From positions 351,694-415,023 of the forward strand of contig JBNZDD010013687.1 in NCBI GenBank assembly GCA_050575255.1: a stretch of DNA of 63,330 nucleotides, written 5' to 3'. The notes beneath the pieces are model-generated. The model made no database searches. It was not told where the DNA came from and saw only the letters and a list, made by a program, of their open reading frames with translations. Within the stretch, counting starts at the first letter, position 1; the number at the start of each line of letters is the position of its first letter. Source of the stretch: Harriotta raleighana (taxonomy: Eukaryota). This document shows, piece after piece, positions 37,670 to 48,334 of this stretch. Position numbers and translations under genes: made by a program.

Positions 37670-37915
37670 TTAGCCATTCAGACCCCACCCTTTGGAACTC
37701 CATCCCCAAATCCCTCTTCCTCGACCCATCCCTCGCCTCCTTCAAGACCCACTTCAAGGCTATCCTCTTCGACCGTGCTTCGATCAACCACATTCCCCCC
37801 TGCCCTCCACCCTCCCCAATCCCTACCCCTAACTCAGGTCCGAAGTACTGTCTGTCCAGCACCTTGGGAAGTCATCCGACATGAAAGGTGCTACACAAAT
37901 GTAACTTTGTTGTTG
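37670..37915 (+). mobile_element. L2 3' end
   Basis: PTLWNSIP..SLASFKTHFKAILF remnant; tail ...gaaaggtgctacacaaatgtaactttgttgttg. Confidence 0.85.
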
Positions 37916-38423
37916 AAATATGCTTTATGGTGCAGAATTTCTTTGTGTTGTATTCTCATCTTGACAGTTTAATATGCTGACTCCATTGTTTGTGGAAATG
38001 AATTAAGAGTATTTGTGTTAGGCTATAGAGAAATGTGTACATAATCCATGGGATTGAGTTTAAAGAGGAATATGCCCATCTTCCCAGTGAATCTAGCGAT
38101 GAATATTCAGAGGTTTCCTTTGGGTGCAGTAAAAGTGTGTGATTTGCATTGAACTCAGTAGGTCAGCCATGGTGGAGCCTTGCTTTCCGCTTCAGGTTTC
38201 GCACAGGAATCCTAATTCCTGGTGTGGCAATGCAACACAACCCCAGCACTGCATTGGAGTGTCATTTTAGACTATGTGAGTTCAAGTCCCAATGTGGACA
38301 GATGATTGACTCAGACAGATGAGGATAACATGTTTGTTATTAGTGAGCATGCTGTAAAACTGTGTTTGAAACATCTCTTAAGGTATAATTTTCACATGGA
38401 GTCATTGTTTCTTCTAATTGCAG

Positions 38424-39558
38424 GTATTATTCTGTTTTGTATCCTTTGGAGAGGAAGATCTCAGATACAAAATCGAGGGACCTGGTAATCTACACCTGGA
38501 TTCACGCTGTTGTAGCAAGTGCTCCAGTTTTTGCAGTAACTAATGTGACAGATATCTATGCCATGTCTACTTGCACTGGCTCATGGAGTTACTCACTTGG
38601 GCATTTGGTTTATGTAATCATATACAATATCACAACTATAATTCTGCCAGTTGCTGTGGTGTTCTTGTTGATGATTCTGATCCGCAGAGCTCTCAGTGCT
38701 AGTCAGAAGAAGAAAGTGATTATAGCAGCATTACGTACCCCACAAAACATTATTTCCATCCCGTATGTTTCCCAACGGGAGGCTGAACTACATGCCATGT
38801 TATTGTCTATGGTGCTGATCTTCATTGTTTGCAGTGTTCCTTATATGATCTTCGTGATTTACAGAACCATTCTCAATATCACTGACATTTCTGTGTCTCT
38901 AATGCTGACTGCAATCTGGTTGCCCAAAGTTTCCCTGCTTGCCAACCCATTGCTCTATCTGACCATCAACAAATCTGTTCGAAAATGTTTGGTGGGGACA
39001 GTCTTGCAGCTCCATCGCAGGTACAGTAGAAGAAACATTGTGAATTCTGGTACTCTCGCCACACTTGAACCCACCGTTCGGTCAGGTAGTCAGTTACTAG
39101 AAATGTTCCACATTGGGCAGCAGCAGATTTTCAAACCCACTGAGGATGATGATGAAAATGAAACCAAATCGTTTGGATCTAATGAGTGCAAGCAGAAAGA
39201 AATAGCTACCACCAGCTTGGAAGTGGAGCAAACTTTATTGCAAACATTTAACCTGCAGAATAATCTTGACTCAGCTACAGTGATGGTGGCAGCAGCAGGT
39301 CCAACAACACCAACAACAGCAGAACCTGATTCAGATACAATCTCAGACAAGTCTGCAATGCAGTTTGGGTTTGGCCCATTTGAACTGCCTCCACAATGGC
39401 TCTCTGAAACACGGAACAGTAAGAAAAGGCTTTTGCCTCCCTTAGGTAACACACCAGAAGAACTGATTCAGACCACTGAAAGACAGACCAAATTCAAAGC
39501 AGAGAGAAAGATCAGTAGGAACAATAAAGTCAGCATATTTCCAAAAGTGGATCCCTAG
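38424..39558 (+). CDS. GPR176: GPR176 coding exon 3 (ICL2 to C-terminus); full CDS 1650 nt = 549 aa
   Basis: Acceptor ttgcag|G; (R)YYSVLYPLERKISD, SQKKKVIIAALRTPQN, WLPKVSLLANPLLY, QLLEMFHIGQQQIFKP, FGFGPFELPPQWLSETRNSKKRLLPPLGNTPEELIQT, RNNKVSIFPKVDP*. Confidence 0.97.
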
Positions 39559-41429
39559 CCCATCTTATGTGATAGGACAGACTGACTTATAGCAAACATG
39601 ATCCCATGGATCTTTATACAACACAGCAAAATATTGCTATCCACAGAATATTATGGTTGCCAGACTATAAAACTGAAATATGATCTTCAAAACAGGATTC
39701 TGCTTCAAAATAAATTATAGATTTGCTGGTACTTATGATCAAGCAGAGTTCAGATGAGAGAAATTGCCACTTGTACATTGAGCTGTATTTGATTAAGGAA
39801 CTCTTGTCACTGTGTTCTCCAGAGGTATGTGCACCATTCATATTTTGAATTGAACAAATAAAGAGGATACTTTGAGTTTAAACTGTTACATTTCAATAGT
39901 GGACAGATTGTCAACTGTTTGAAAATTATTTACTTTCTTAAACAATTTATATAATTGCTTTGGATTTTAAAGTATTGTCATCCAAACCTGTTCATCATGA
40001 CAGTGCAAAATAAAAATCAGCTCCAGCAAATGGAGATTATTTTGCACAGAAAATTCTAGTACAATCCCTTCTCGACGACTTTTGTGGCCTGGCCACGGCT
40101 GTTCAAATGTAGTATACAAAAGCCAGCCAACAATCACCAAAAACAGATTTCAGCACTTTGAATTGTGCCTAGAAGTTGCAAACGTATAATTCTTGCGACA
40201 TTTTTGTCAGTGTTGTTTTTGGGGTCAAGAATCTATCTGTGCAATTTCAGAATATGAACCATTTAGTTTGCTCATGTCCCATCAAATATATTTGTTCAAG
40301 GAAATATTTAATTTGGTAAGATATTTGGAAGAGCAAATCTTCACATAGTCCGTTTCAGGGGTTCCAGATCCTGTGAGGATTTTCAATCTTCAAAAATGTT
40401 TCCAATATCAGACTGTAGATTGTACATGTGATTTGTAGTGCAGAAATGTCAGGAGACTTCACGACTCAAAATGGTCCCGTGGAAACTCCGTCTTGCTAGT
40501 TTCAGCAGTGGTCATGCAAGTTGCCGTGTCATTGTTGAAGAAGGTCAAAGAAGTGATGTGAGCTCAGAAACAGCTCGCAACACACAGTGACATTAGAAGA
40601 GTATTGTTCATCAGATGAAAGAAAAACAAGAATTTCCAATAATAATGCTTGAGCCACTTTCACATCCCAATTTTCTCATGAAAATGTTGTTTTGAGGATA
40701 ACATTTTAATGTGAGTCTAACATTAAACTTCTGACATAATTTCAATAGGTTTTTCTTGAGGCAATCTTCTGTTTTCTGCTGGGGCCTCTGGCACTTCACA
40801 CTGACTATCAACTGCTATATCAAGAGACATTTTTGACTTGCAAGTTAGTCATTTCAGAAGACACGTTAACTTTGAAAACCTTAATATGTAAACCAGCAAA
40901 AATACTCTGGCAATCATATTGACCTGAGGGTTTCCACAGATTATTTTCAACACTGATGCTGAGCAATTTTTGTTTTCTGTAAAATTGTCACAATTTTTAA
41001 ATAATTATTTTTGGTGCATTTGCAGTCATTCGTACTTTGTAAGATTCACTCCTCAGTATGTATACATAACAACTAGCAGTATTTTTTATTGTAAAACAAT
41101 ATAAAATGAACATTTTTTTTCTGTGTCTTAAGTTATTTGCATTTTTAGTGTAATTCTAATGTTTAAAAAAAAAGTATATTTTATATTGGACTGAAACAAA
41201 TTACCTACAGAATTTGTTGCCGATTTTTAAAAATGAGCATGAATGTGTATATTTATTACATTTTCTGTATTCAGATTGAGAATTGCCATTAAAAAAATGA
41301 AAAAAATACTTCCACATATAGAAATAACTTTATGTTGAGATACACTGATGGTGAGCCCTTTTATTAAAGTATAAAAAAGAGTGTTCCTGTGAGCTTGGGG
41401 CTGACGCACATCATTGGATCTAGCTATGC

Positions 41430-41477
41430 CCTAATTGTGCTATATTTGACCCAGGAGTCAAATATAGCACAATTAGG
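41430..41477. repeat. Perfect 21-bp inverted repeat, 6-nt loop
   Basis: cctaattgtgctatatttgac ccagga gtcaaatatagcacaattagg. Confidence 0.95.
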
Positions 41478-42530
41478 TGACAATTAAGGCTGACACTAAA
41501 TATTCAAACTGGGGAAGTGTTCTAGTTCACAGTTCTAGCATCCCACACCTTGATGAGCACAAAAATACGCATTGATCTCAGAATGGAACTTTATAAGTTT
41601 CTCTTTGCGAAGATGTGGCAGAAAATAATTCATATCAGAAGCTGGTCACAGTTACTATTTGGTATTTTCAGAACATCACATAATGCTGTCATTGTCTTCC
41701 AGTTGACCTATTAAGGCCTGCTGAAAAATACTAAGTTATAGCCTCAATAGAAATCAGACCTTTTTATCCAAGCGTGTTTTAATACAATAACATTTCATCT
41801 GAGGGGAGCTTAGAAATATTCCTTGCATGACATGTTTCAGTATCATCTAAGAATGTGTTGATTGATGGAAAGAATGTCCATATCTGTTCCATTTGAAAAA
41901 AAATTGACTATTAGATTGTAATAAAATATATTTTATATGGATTTTATCAATGACAACAGTGATAAATAGTTTCATTAATTTGTGCTGAAACAATATATAT
42001 GCACAAATGCAGTAAGTATGCAGGCTGTGCATTGCAGATGGTGTGCACAGAGGTTAGAAACATGGGCAAAGATTGTCTGCAACCTACATAAAAATGGTAC
42101 AAAATGCAGAGATCATAAGTAACAAGAGCAGGTGGTACAAAAACTGTGGCTGCATGATGGGGCTCCTACCACAGCATGGAGCTTATTCATCATCTAGTTT
42201 AATTAGGTAGATCCAAAAGTCATAATTCAAACAAGCACCAAACAGTCTTGTGATGCCTTTAGTGTCTGCAGGCTAAGAAATACATATATTAACTGCACTT
42301 TTTGAACAGGTATATGCAAATGAACTGATTGCCCTCCCCATTTATGCAAATATTCTTTATCTGCTGGCTAACTCTGGCTAACAGCCGTGCATTTCTGCAC
42401 TGCTGGCAGTCCATAGATGAACCTATAATTTGGAATACAGGAATCACATGATAAAATACAGAAAAAACCTGTGTCAGTTTTGATGTGAACCATCAATGAA
42501 TTGAGATAAACTAGAATGTCATCAAACAAG

Positions 42531-42686
42531 ATAACAACTTTTAAAAGAGAGGTAGACATTTATTTGGGGAAGACGGGTTTGCGAGGTTATGGGGAGAGAG
42601 CTGGGAGTGGGATTTTTAAAGAGCTGGCACAGACTCGATGGGACAAATGGCCTCCGTTTGTGCCATAAAACTCTATGAATCTATGA
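42531..42686 (+). mobile_element. CR1 3' end, same family as 7930-8952
   Basis: ataacaacttttaaaagagaggtagacatttatttggg is identical to about 8789-8826; ends ctctatgaatctatga. Confidence 0.9.
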
Positions 42687-43221
42687 AGAGGCCAGCATAA
42701 AACTGCCGAGATATCCTGTCTTTACTTTAAAGTTTAATCTTCAGCAATATAGTTTGGGGGGTAATGGGGGAGGGTATGGATTAGAGTTTGTCTGGTGAGG
42801 ACAACCCTTGTTCCCAAAAATGTTATGCCCTAATCCGGTTAATGGGGGTGAGCAGGTCTAGCAGGTCTAACCTTGAAACATGACAACAGTACACTGGATG
42901 CAAACATGTCAAATAAAGTGAGCAAAAAGATAACATTTATAGACATTTAAGTATAAATCACACTGAGGAAATGTACTATCTTCAAAAGAGATACTAACTA
43001 TTCTTTTGTCATTCAGATACTGTACAGATTGCCAACAATTTGATATGTCCAGAAAAAGCTGTAGATCTTCTCACTGTAAATAGAATATTTGAGTGACTGT
43101 TGAGAATATTTTGGTTACTTTGATTTCCAGTCCATTTCTATCAATTCTGTCATTTTGTTTAAACATGTGGAAGACTTTGTATTAAAGGAAAGTGTTTCTT
43201 TATGTTTTTTCTAAAAAAAAC

Positions 43222-43478
43222 TTGCCCATAAATATACAGTCGTTTTTTCCTGCTCTCCTTCCCCATACCCCGACTCCTCGTCTTGCCATCTTTCCCCCCC
43301 TTTCTCCCCTAACCCCACCTCCATGCCTGTTTGCGGGACACTGCTGTGCGCATTTGGCTACCGAGTTTCATCCACAAAAGTGCAGTCAATTCGCTTTACA
43401 GTATATTCTGCAAAGCGCTTTGAGACGTCTAGAAGACGTGAAAAGCGCTACATCAAATGCAAGGTTTATTATTATTAT
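43222..43478 (+). mobile_element. Modular linker + SINE-body element with (ATT)n-type tail
   Basis: aaatatacagtcgttttttcctgctctccttccccataccccgac... linker as at 35340-35410 (minus strand), then body and agcgctttgagacgtctagaagacgtgaaaagcgct tail. Confidence 0.78.
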
Positions 43479-43484
43479 GATGAT

Positions 43485-43913
43485 TCTCGCTCGAATCCAC
43501 TGGCTTCCATCACCCAGAGGATTCAAGCACCTGTTCCTCACCTATAAAAGCCCTCCGTGGACCTTGCCCCACCCTATCTCTGCGAACGCGACCAAACGGC
43601 CCGCTCCCTCCGCTCAGCGAGCTCCTGCCTGCTCTATCTGCCACCCCATCACCCACCCTCCAACCGACCCACCCGCCAGACCACCCCGAGCGAGCGGGCG
43701 GGCGGGCGGGCGAGCCTTCAGCCAACTCTGCCTCCCACGTTGGGAAGTCCATCCCGCAGACCCTCCGCCTCGCCCCATCCCTGGCCTCCTTCAAGTCCCG
43801 CCTCAAGACCTTCCTCTTGGATGGCCCCCCCCTTCCCACACCCCTTCCCTTTACCCTCCCCAATCCTGACCCTCCCACCACCCCACGGCATTTTGTTGTT
43901 GTTGTTGTTGTTG
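43485..43913 (+). mobile_element. CpG-rich L2 3' end abutting the FSIP1 promoter
   Basis: cactggcttccatcacccagaggattcaag..cctcacctataaaagccctccgtggaccttgccccaccctatctc; (GGGC)n expansion; (TTG)n end. Confidence 0.85.
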
Positions 43914-44279
43914 TGGCTGTTGCTGAGGAGCGGAGGCCTTCAAAGCGGTTTGTTGTCAATGGCAACGGTATCCGGGCAGATGGAGTTGGTTTACAGGCGA
44001 GTTGCTGAGGCCCGGAGCCTGGAGTCTGGAGTCAGTTCCCCCCCCCCCCGCCCTCGGAGCTCGCTCGGCAGCAACCGCTCGCAAACCGCTCAGTGCAGCC
44101 TATCCCGGGGTCGGGCTGTGTTGGCTGTGGGGACCGGGCCGGGCCGGGCCTGGGCTGGGGGTGAGGGGGGGCGGTGGGGGTCAGATTAAAGCGCTGGTGT
44201 TTGAAGTTGGAGCCGGAGCGGTTACCAAGGCAACGAACGGCTGGTCTCGGCCTGTGTGGAGAGTGTGAGCGGGGTAAGT
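43914..44279 (+). promoter_or_regulatory. FSIP1: CpG island / probable FSIP1 promoter and non-coding first exon with RFX X-boxes
   Basis: High GC and CpG density; X-box-like GTTGTCAATGGCAAC (43952-43966) and GTTACCAAGGCAAC (44221-44234); strong donor GGG|gtaagt at 44274; next acceptor ttttag|attggaATG at 45166. Confidence 0.65.
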
Positions 44280-44599
44280 GTTTAACACACACACACACAC
44301 AAACACACAGTGTGCTCTATGTCACATACAAGTATTATTAATAGTATTCCTGTATTATTATTATAGAACATATTCAGTCCTGCAATGTATGAACTCAGCA
44401 GGGATTTCTGATTCATTTTGAATTTAAACTGAAATAAACATAGAACATAAAGCTAATTGAATCAGCCAATTGAAAAGGTTTTTTTTGTGTGTATGTGTTT
44501 GTGTGGCTGGACTCTCACTGTTTGCGCACTTACTTCTGTGTGTTCGATGCATTATGCCCGTGTGTTTCATTTGTGTTTTTTATAGTATTAATGGTTCGA

Positions 44600-44935
44600 T
44601 AATATCAATGGACTCCATTGGCTCCCCCCATTCACGCAGAGGATCCAATTCAAGATCCTAGTCCTCACAATCAAAGCCTTCTACGCCCTCGCCCCACCCT
44701 GCAAAACTCCTAACACCCCCCCGAACCCCCACTCCCAACCTGCCCGCCCTCCCCTCTCCGCTCAGCAGGCTCTGGACTGCTCCGTCTCACCCGACCCCCA
44801 CCCCCCCCACACCCCCCACCACCCCGCTCCTTCAGACATTCTGTTCCCAACCTCTGGAGCTCCATCCCTCAGGCCCTCCGNGCAGTCCCTCCGCCTCACC
44901 CCCTCCCTGGCCTCCTTCAAGTTCCGCCTCAAGAA
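44600..44935 (+). mobile_element. L2 3' fragment
   Basis: cattggctcccccattcacgcagaggatccaattcaagatcctagtcctcac...ccttcaagttccgcctcaaga. Confidence 0.82.
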
Positions 44936-45171
44936 ATATGATCAGCAATTTCAAACCTTCTGTTTTAATGTTGTAAATCGCATGAGTACACTATTGAGAA
45001 TTTTTTCTATTTTAGTTTGGCCATGAGAATGTATTTTGTTCCTAATAAATTATGTTTACGTTCAATAAATCCGAATCCCTGACTGTCCAGCACCTAGGGG
45101 ACGTCCTTCCGACATGAAAGGCTGTATTCCAAGTCTAATTTTATATTTGGATTGTATTATTTTAGATTGGA

Positions 45172-45339
45172 ATGGACATTACTAGGGGCAGTCTGGATAA
45201 GATATCATCTCTGGCATCAAGTTCTCAATCACGTCTTGGTAGTAGGGTGGTGAGCAGTATATCACCCGAAGGGCGAAGATTGAACTTGCAGAGTACTGGA
45301 ATTCTTGTGGTGCTGACTCCTGAACCAAATTTATCCCAG
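45172..45339 (+). CDS. FSIP1: Fibrous sheath-interacting protein 1, first coding exon
   Basis: MDITRGSLDKISSLASSSQSRLGSR...LVVLTPEP resembles the recalled FSIP1 N-terminus (MDIIKGNLDGIS..RPGSR..LEVLSTEP); donor CAG|gtaaac; phase 0. Confidence 0.85.
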
Positions 45340-45828
45340 GTAAACCATAAGCTATCAGAAACTTTTTTCTCTCTCAATTTTCAGGCAATCTCAGTAGCTA
45401 ACCTGAGTCGTTAACAAAGTTGCAAAACCATAAATCAAAACAATGTGATACAGTGTATTCCTCTTTAATGGCAAATGCTATTGTTTATCTATTTGAGATA
45501 AAATGCAGTGTGCATTAAGATCTAAATTGAAAATACCCCCAATTGGTTGTTCAGCGAAATATTAGCTTATTTAAAAAAAATAATGGACATATAGTTTACA
45601 AACGGTGAAAGTGAGATGTATGTACTTTGATTACTAACATCTGGGAATGTTTCAATACTTGTTTAAAAATAGGAAGTTTCATTCAAAACCCAAACAAACA
45701 AGTCACCTTTGGTAACAATCAGTGTGTTTTGGACTCTGAATAGTAAATGTGAAAATATTCTGTTTTGGGTAGATCAAAGACACCTATTTAAACATTTAAT
45801 CTAATTGTACTTTTTATTTTAATGGCAG

Positions 45829-46048
45829 GAACAGCCTAATACTTTGGAAAATTCAAGCACCTCCATGGAATTCTTAAGTGAATCCTGTGAAATTTTGACT
45901 CAGGAAGGTGATCTCTGCAGTGACCAGGAGCACATGAATAATGTGGATGTTGACATTACACATCCTGGAAGATGGTGTGAAATTTGCTCTTTGCCTCAAG
46001 AGCGAATTCATTCAGAACATCAGGCGCTGCTGACTTCAGTAATGTCTG
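45829..46048 (+). CDS. FSIP1: FSIP1 coding exon 2 (low-conservation region)
   Basis: Acceptor tttttattttaatggcag|GAA; open frame EQPNTLENSS...VMS; donor G|gtatga; phase 0 to 1 consistent. Confidence 0.65.
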
Positions 46049-46132
46049 GTATGATGAGTGAATTTAGAATTTGAACAAGCTTTAATAAGCATGTACATTA
46101 AGCTGTAATCATCGAGAATCCTTATTTTTCAG

Positions 46133-46213
46133 AAAATCTTTCTACTCCAACACATTCAGAAGAAGGCGCTGAGGATCATTTGCGGCAGACAGCTGCATTA
46201 AAAAATGAATCTG
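46133..46213 (+). CDS. FSIP1: FSIP1 coding exon 3
   Basis: Acceptor cttatttttcag|AA; ENLSTPTHSEEGAEDHLRQTAALKNES; donor G|gtaaaa; phase 1 to 1. Confidence 0.6.
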
Positions 46214-47262
46214 GTAAAATCACTCTTCTAACCTTCAGAATTGAACATTATTTGATATAATTTCTTGTGTTTATCCAGCTCATTTACATTACAAAGGAAT
46301 TAAAACACATTAATTTTTCAAAGCTGAAAAACAAACAGATATCCAGATATTAAGTGAATAAAGTACCACCGAGCAGAAATGAACAGTATTCTTTCTGACC
46401 CATTCCTTTGAAATATCTTTCAATTAACTTTTGGGGGCATTAAATAAAGATAGTTTCTCATGATAGTTTTTAGCATAGCTTTGTGAAACAAACAACCAAT
46501 GAGAGAACTTAAAGAAGTCACCAAGTAGTCTAGGATAGGCAACAGTAAGACTGCTTGTAGCGCAAATGTTTCTCTGCTCTGCTCAACAATGTGATTTAAC
46601 CCCAAACTTTGAACTCATCATTGTTGTTTCATTTTCCCGTACTAATAATTGATATGATCTCTGGGTCAATTGTTACCTTAATGATAATTTGTGCCTACAT
46701 GCTGACTGGGTTCCCCAATAACTTTCATGCAAGATCCAATAATGCTAGCAGAAATCTTGAATTTGATTGAGAAGAATTAGATTAAACAATTTTTCCATTC
46801 CCTCTGTTTGTCTTTGCCTTTGTAGTGATGGTGTGCCCTGGTAGTGAGCTGGAGATTTCAGTTCTGTAGTGATGAAATTTATGGATCATATCCAGTCTTT
46901 GTGCCCGTTTAACCTCTAGAGGTAGAATTGAAAGATTCAAAGGAGTTGGCTCCATATTTTGAGATATTTAGCATGCTACTGCATTCATATAAATAATAAG
47001 CAGGCAAACGGAAGAGATTCCCAATGGAAAGAGCAATTGGAAAGATTAACCCCTGATTAAGCCAGCAGTTGAGGAATCTGTAGAAAAGGTTCATAATGGC
47101 TGACGTCAAAACAAAGCTTAGAAAGAATACTACATAGTTGTACAAATACTGTATGTAGTATTGGTTTCTTAAGATTTTGATTTGTCATACCACTATTATT
47201 CCTACAAAATTGTAAATCCTTTCCAGTGTAAAGATTAACTATTGTTTTGATGAAATGCCTAG

Positions 47263-47432
47263 ATAATTCTAAGCAAGAAGATTTGTGTGACAAGTTTGAA
47301 GATCCACAACTCCAAGAAGCATTGCTGAAAATGAAGAGATTAGATAATTTATTGAAAGAGAAACAGGAAAGAGAAAAGGAAGTGAACGAACAAGGACGAG
47401 TGCTGAGGAAAAAACTATGGGAAGAACTGGAG
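47263..47432 (+). CDS. FSIP1: FSIP1 coding exon 4 (coiled coil)
   Basis: DPQLQEALLKMKRLDNLLKEKQEREKEVNEQGRVLRKKLWEELE matches the conserved FSIP1 block; donor GAG|gtaaaa. Confidence 0.9.
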
Positions 47433-47499
47433 GTAAAATGTCAGCAAATGCTTTATCGAGTTTGTGAAATCTGGTCGTTGCTGCAGAAAGTCCTCACAT

Positions 47500-48334
47500 C
47501 TATTCAAGTCAATCATGATTACTTTAAACTTCACTGCTTTTATTCTAATAAAACCGAGGCCCTTCTGATTGGCTTGCGCCTGGGCCTCTGGACCTCAGGC
47601 ACTGGCAGCATCAACCTCCATGGATGCACACTCCACCTCACCAAGCCAGTCAGGAACCTCGGTGTCTTGTTTGATCTTCAACTGTCTTTTTTGCACCACA
47701 TCCATACCTTGTCCCTCTCTGCCTTCCCTCAACCTCCGCAACATTGTCCAATTCCGTGACTACATCATCCATCAGGCCAATGAAAGTCTCATTCATGCCT
47801 TGATCACGTCCATCCAGGCTTGACTGTGCTAATATCCTGCTTGTCGGCCTCCCCAACTCCTCCCTCGATAGGCTGCAGATGATCCAGAACTCTGCAGCCC
47901 CTATGCTCTTCTGCACAAAGCTCCACAACTCTTATTACTCCCATTTTCGCCCAACTCCACTGGCTTCCCATCACCTGGAAGATTCAATTCAAGGTCCTGG
48001 TCATCATCTTTAAAGCCTTCCATAATCTTGCTCCCACTACCCCTATGATATACCAACCTATCTGCTCACTCCGCTCAGCACTCCCCACTCCATGTCTCCC
48101 CACTCCATGTCTTTGCCCCCAATTTTGGAATTTCATCCCACAATCCCTCGCCTCCCTAGTCCCCTTTAAGCTCCACCTTAAGACCTTCCTTTTTGATCGT
48201 GCCATCGGTCATCCCCCTTTCCCTCTCCTTCCCGATCATGACTCCAGCTCGGGTAGGAATACTGACTGTTCAGCGCCTTGGAATGTCCTCCCAACATGAA
48301 AGGTGATATATAAATGAAATTTTGTTGTTGTTGT
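47500..48334 (+). mobile_element. L2 LINE 3' end (about 830 bp) with ORF2 remnants
   Basis: NKTEALLIG, VRNLGVLFD, LIHALITS, LQMIQNSAA, HWLPI, FKLHLKTFLF; tail ...gaaaggtgatatataaatgaaattttgttgttg. Confidence 0.92.

Noticed and set aside
39090-39452. 120-aa antisense ORF
   Set aside because: Shadow of GPR176 exon 3; no independent signals.
39559-41400. Defining the GPR176 poly(A) site
   Set aside because: Several AATAAA/ATTAAA candidates (about 39709, 39857, 40009, 41363); none can be chosen from sequence alone.
43192-44298. Several overlapping ORFs up to 225 aa
   Set aside because: GC-rich SINE/L2 and CpG-island sequence with few stop codons; no recognisable host protein.
47433-47759. Extension of the FSIP1 exon ORF to 170 aa
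   Set aside because: A good donor lies at 47433; the remainder is read-through into intron and L2 ORF2 remnants.
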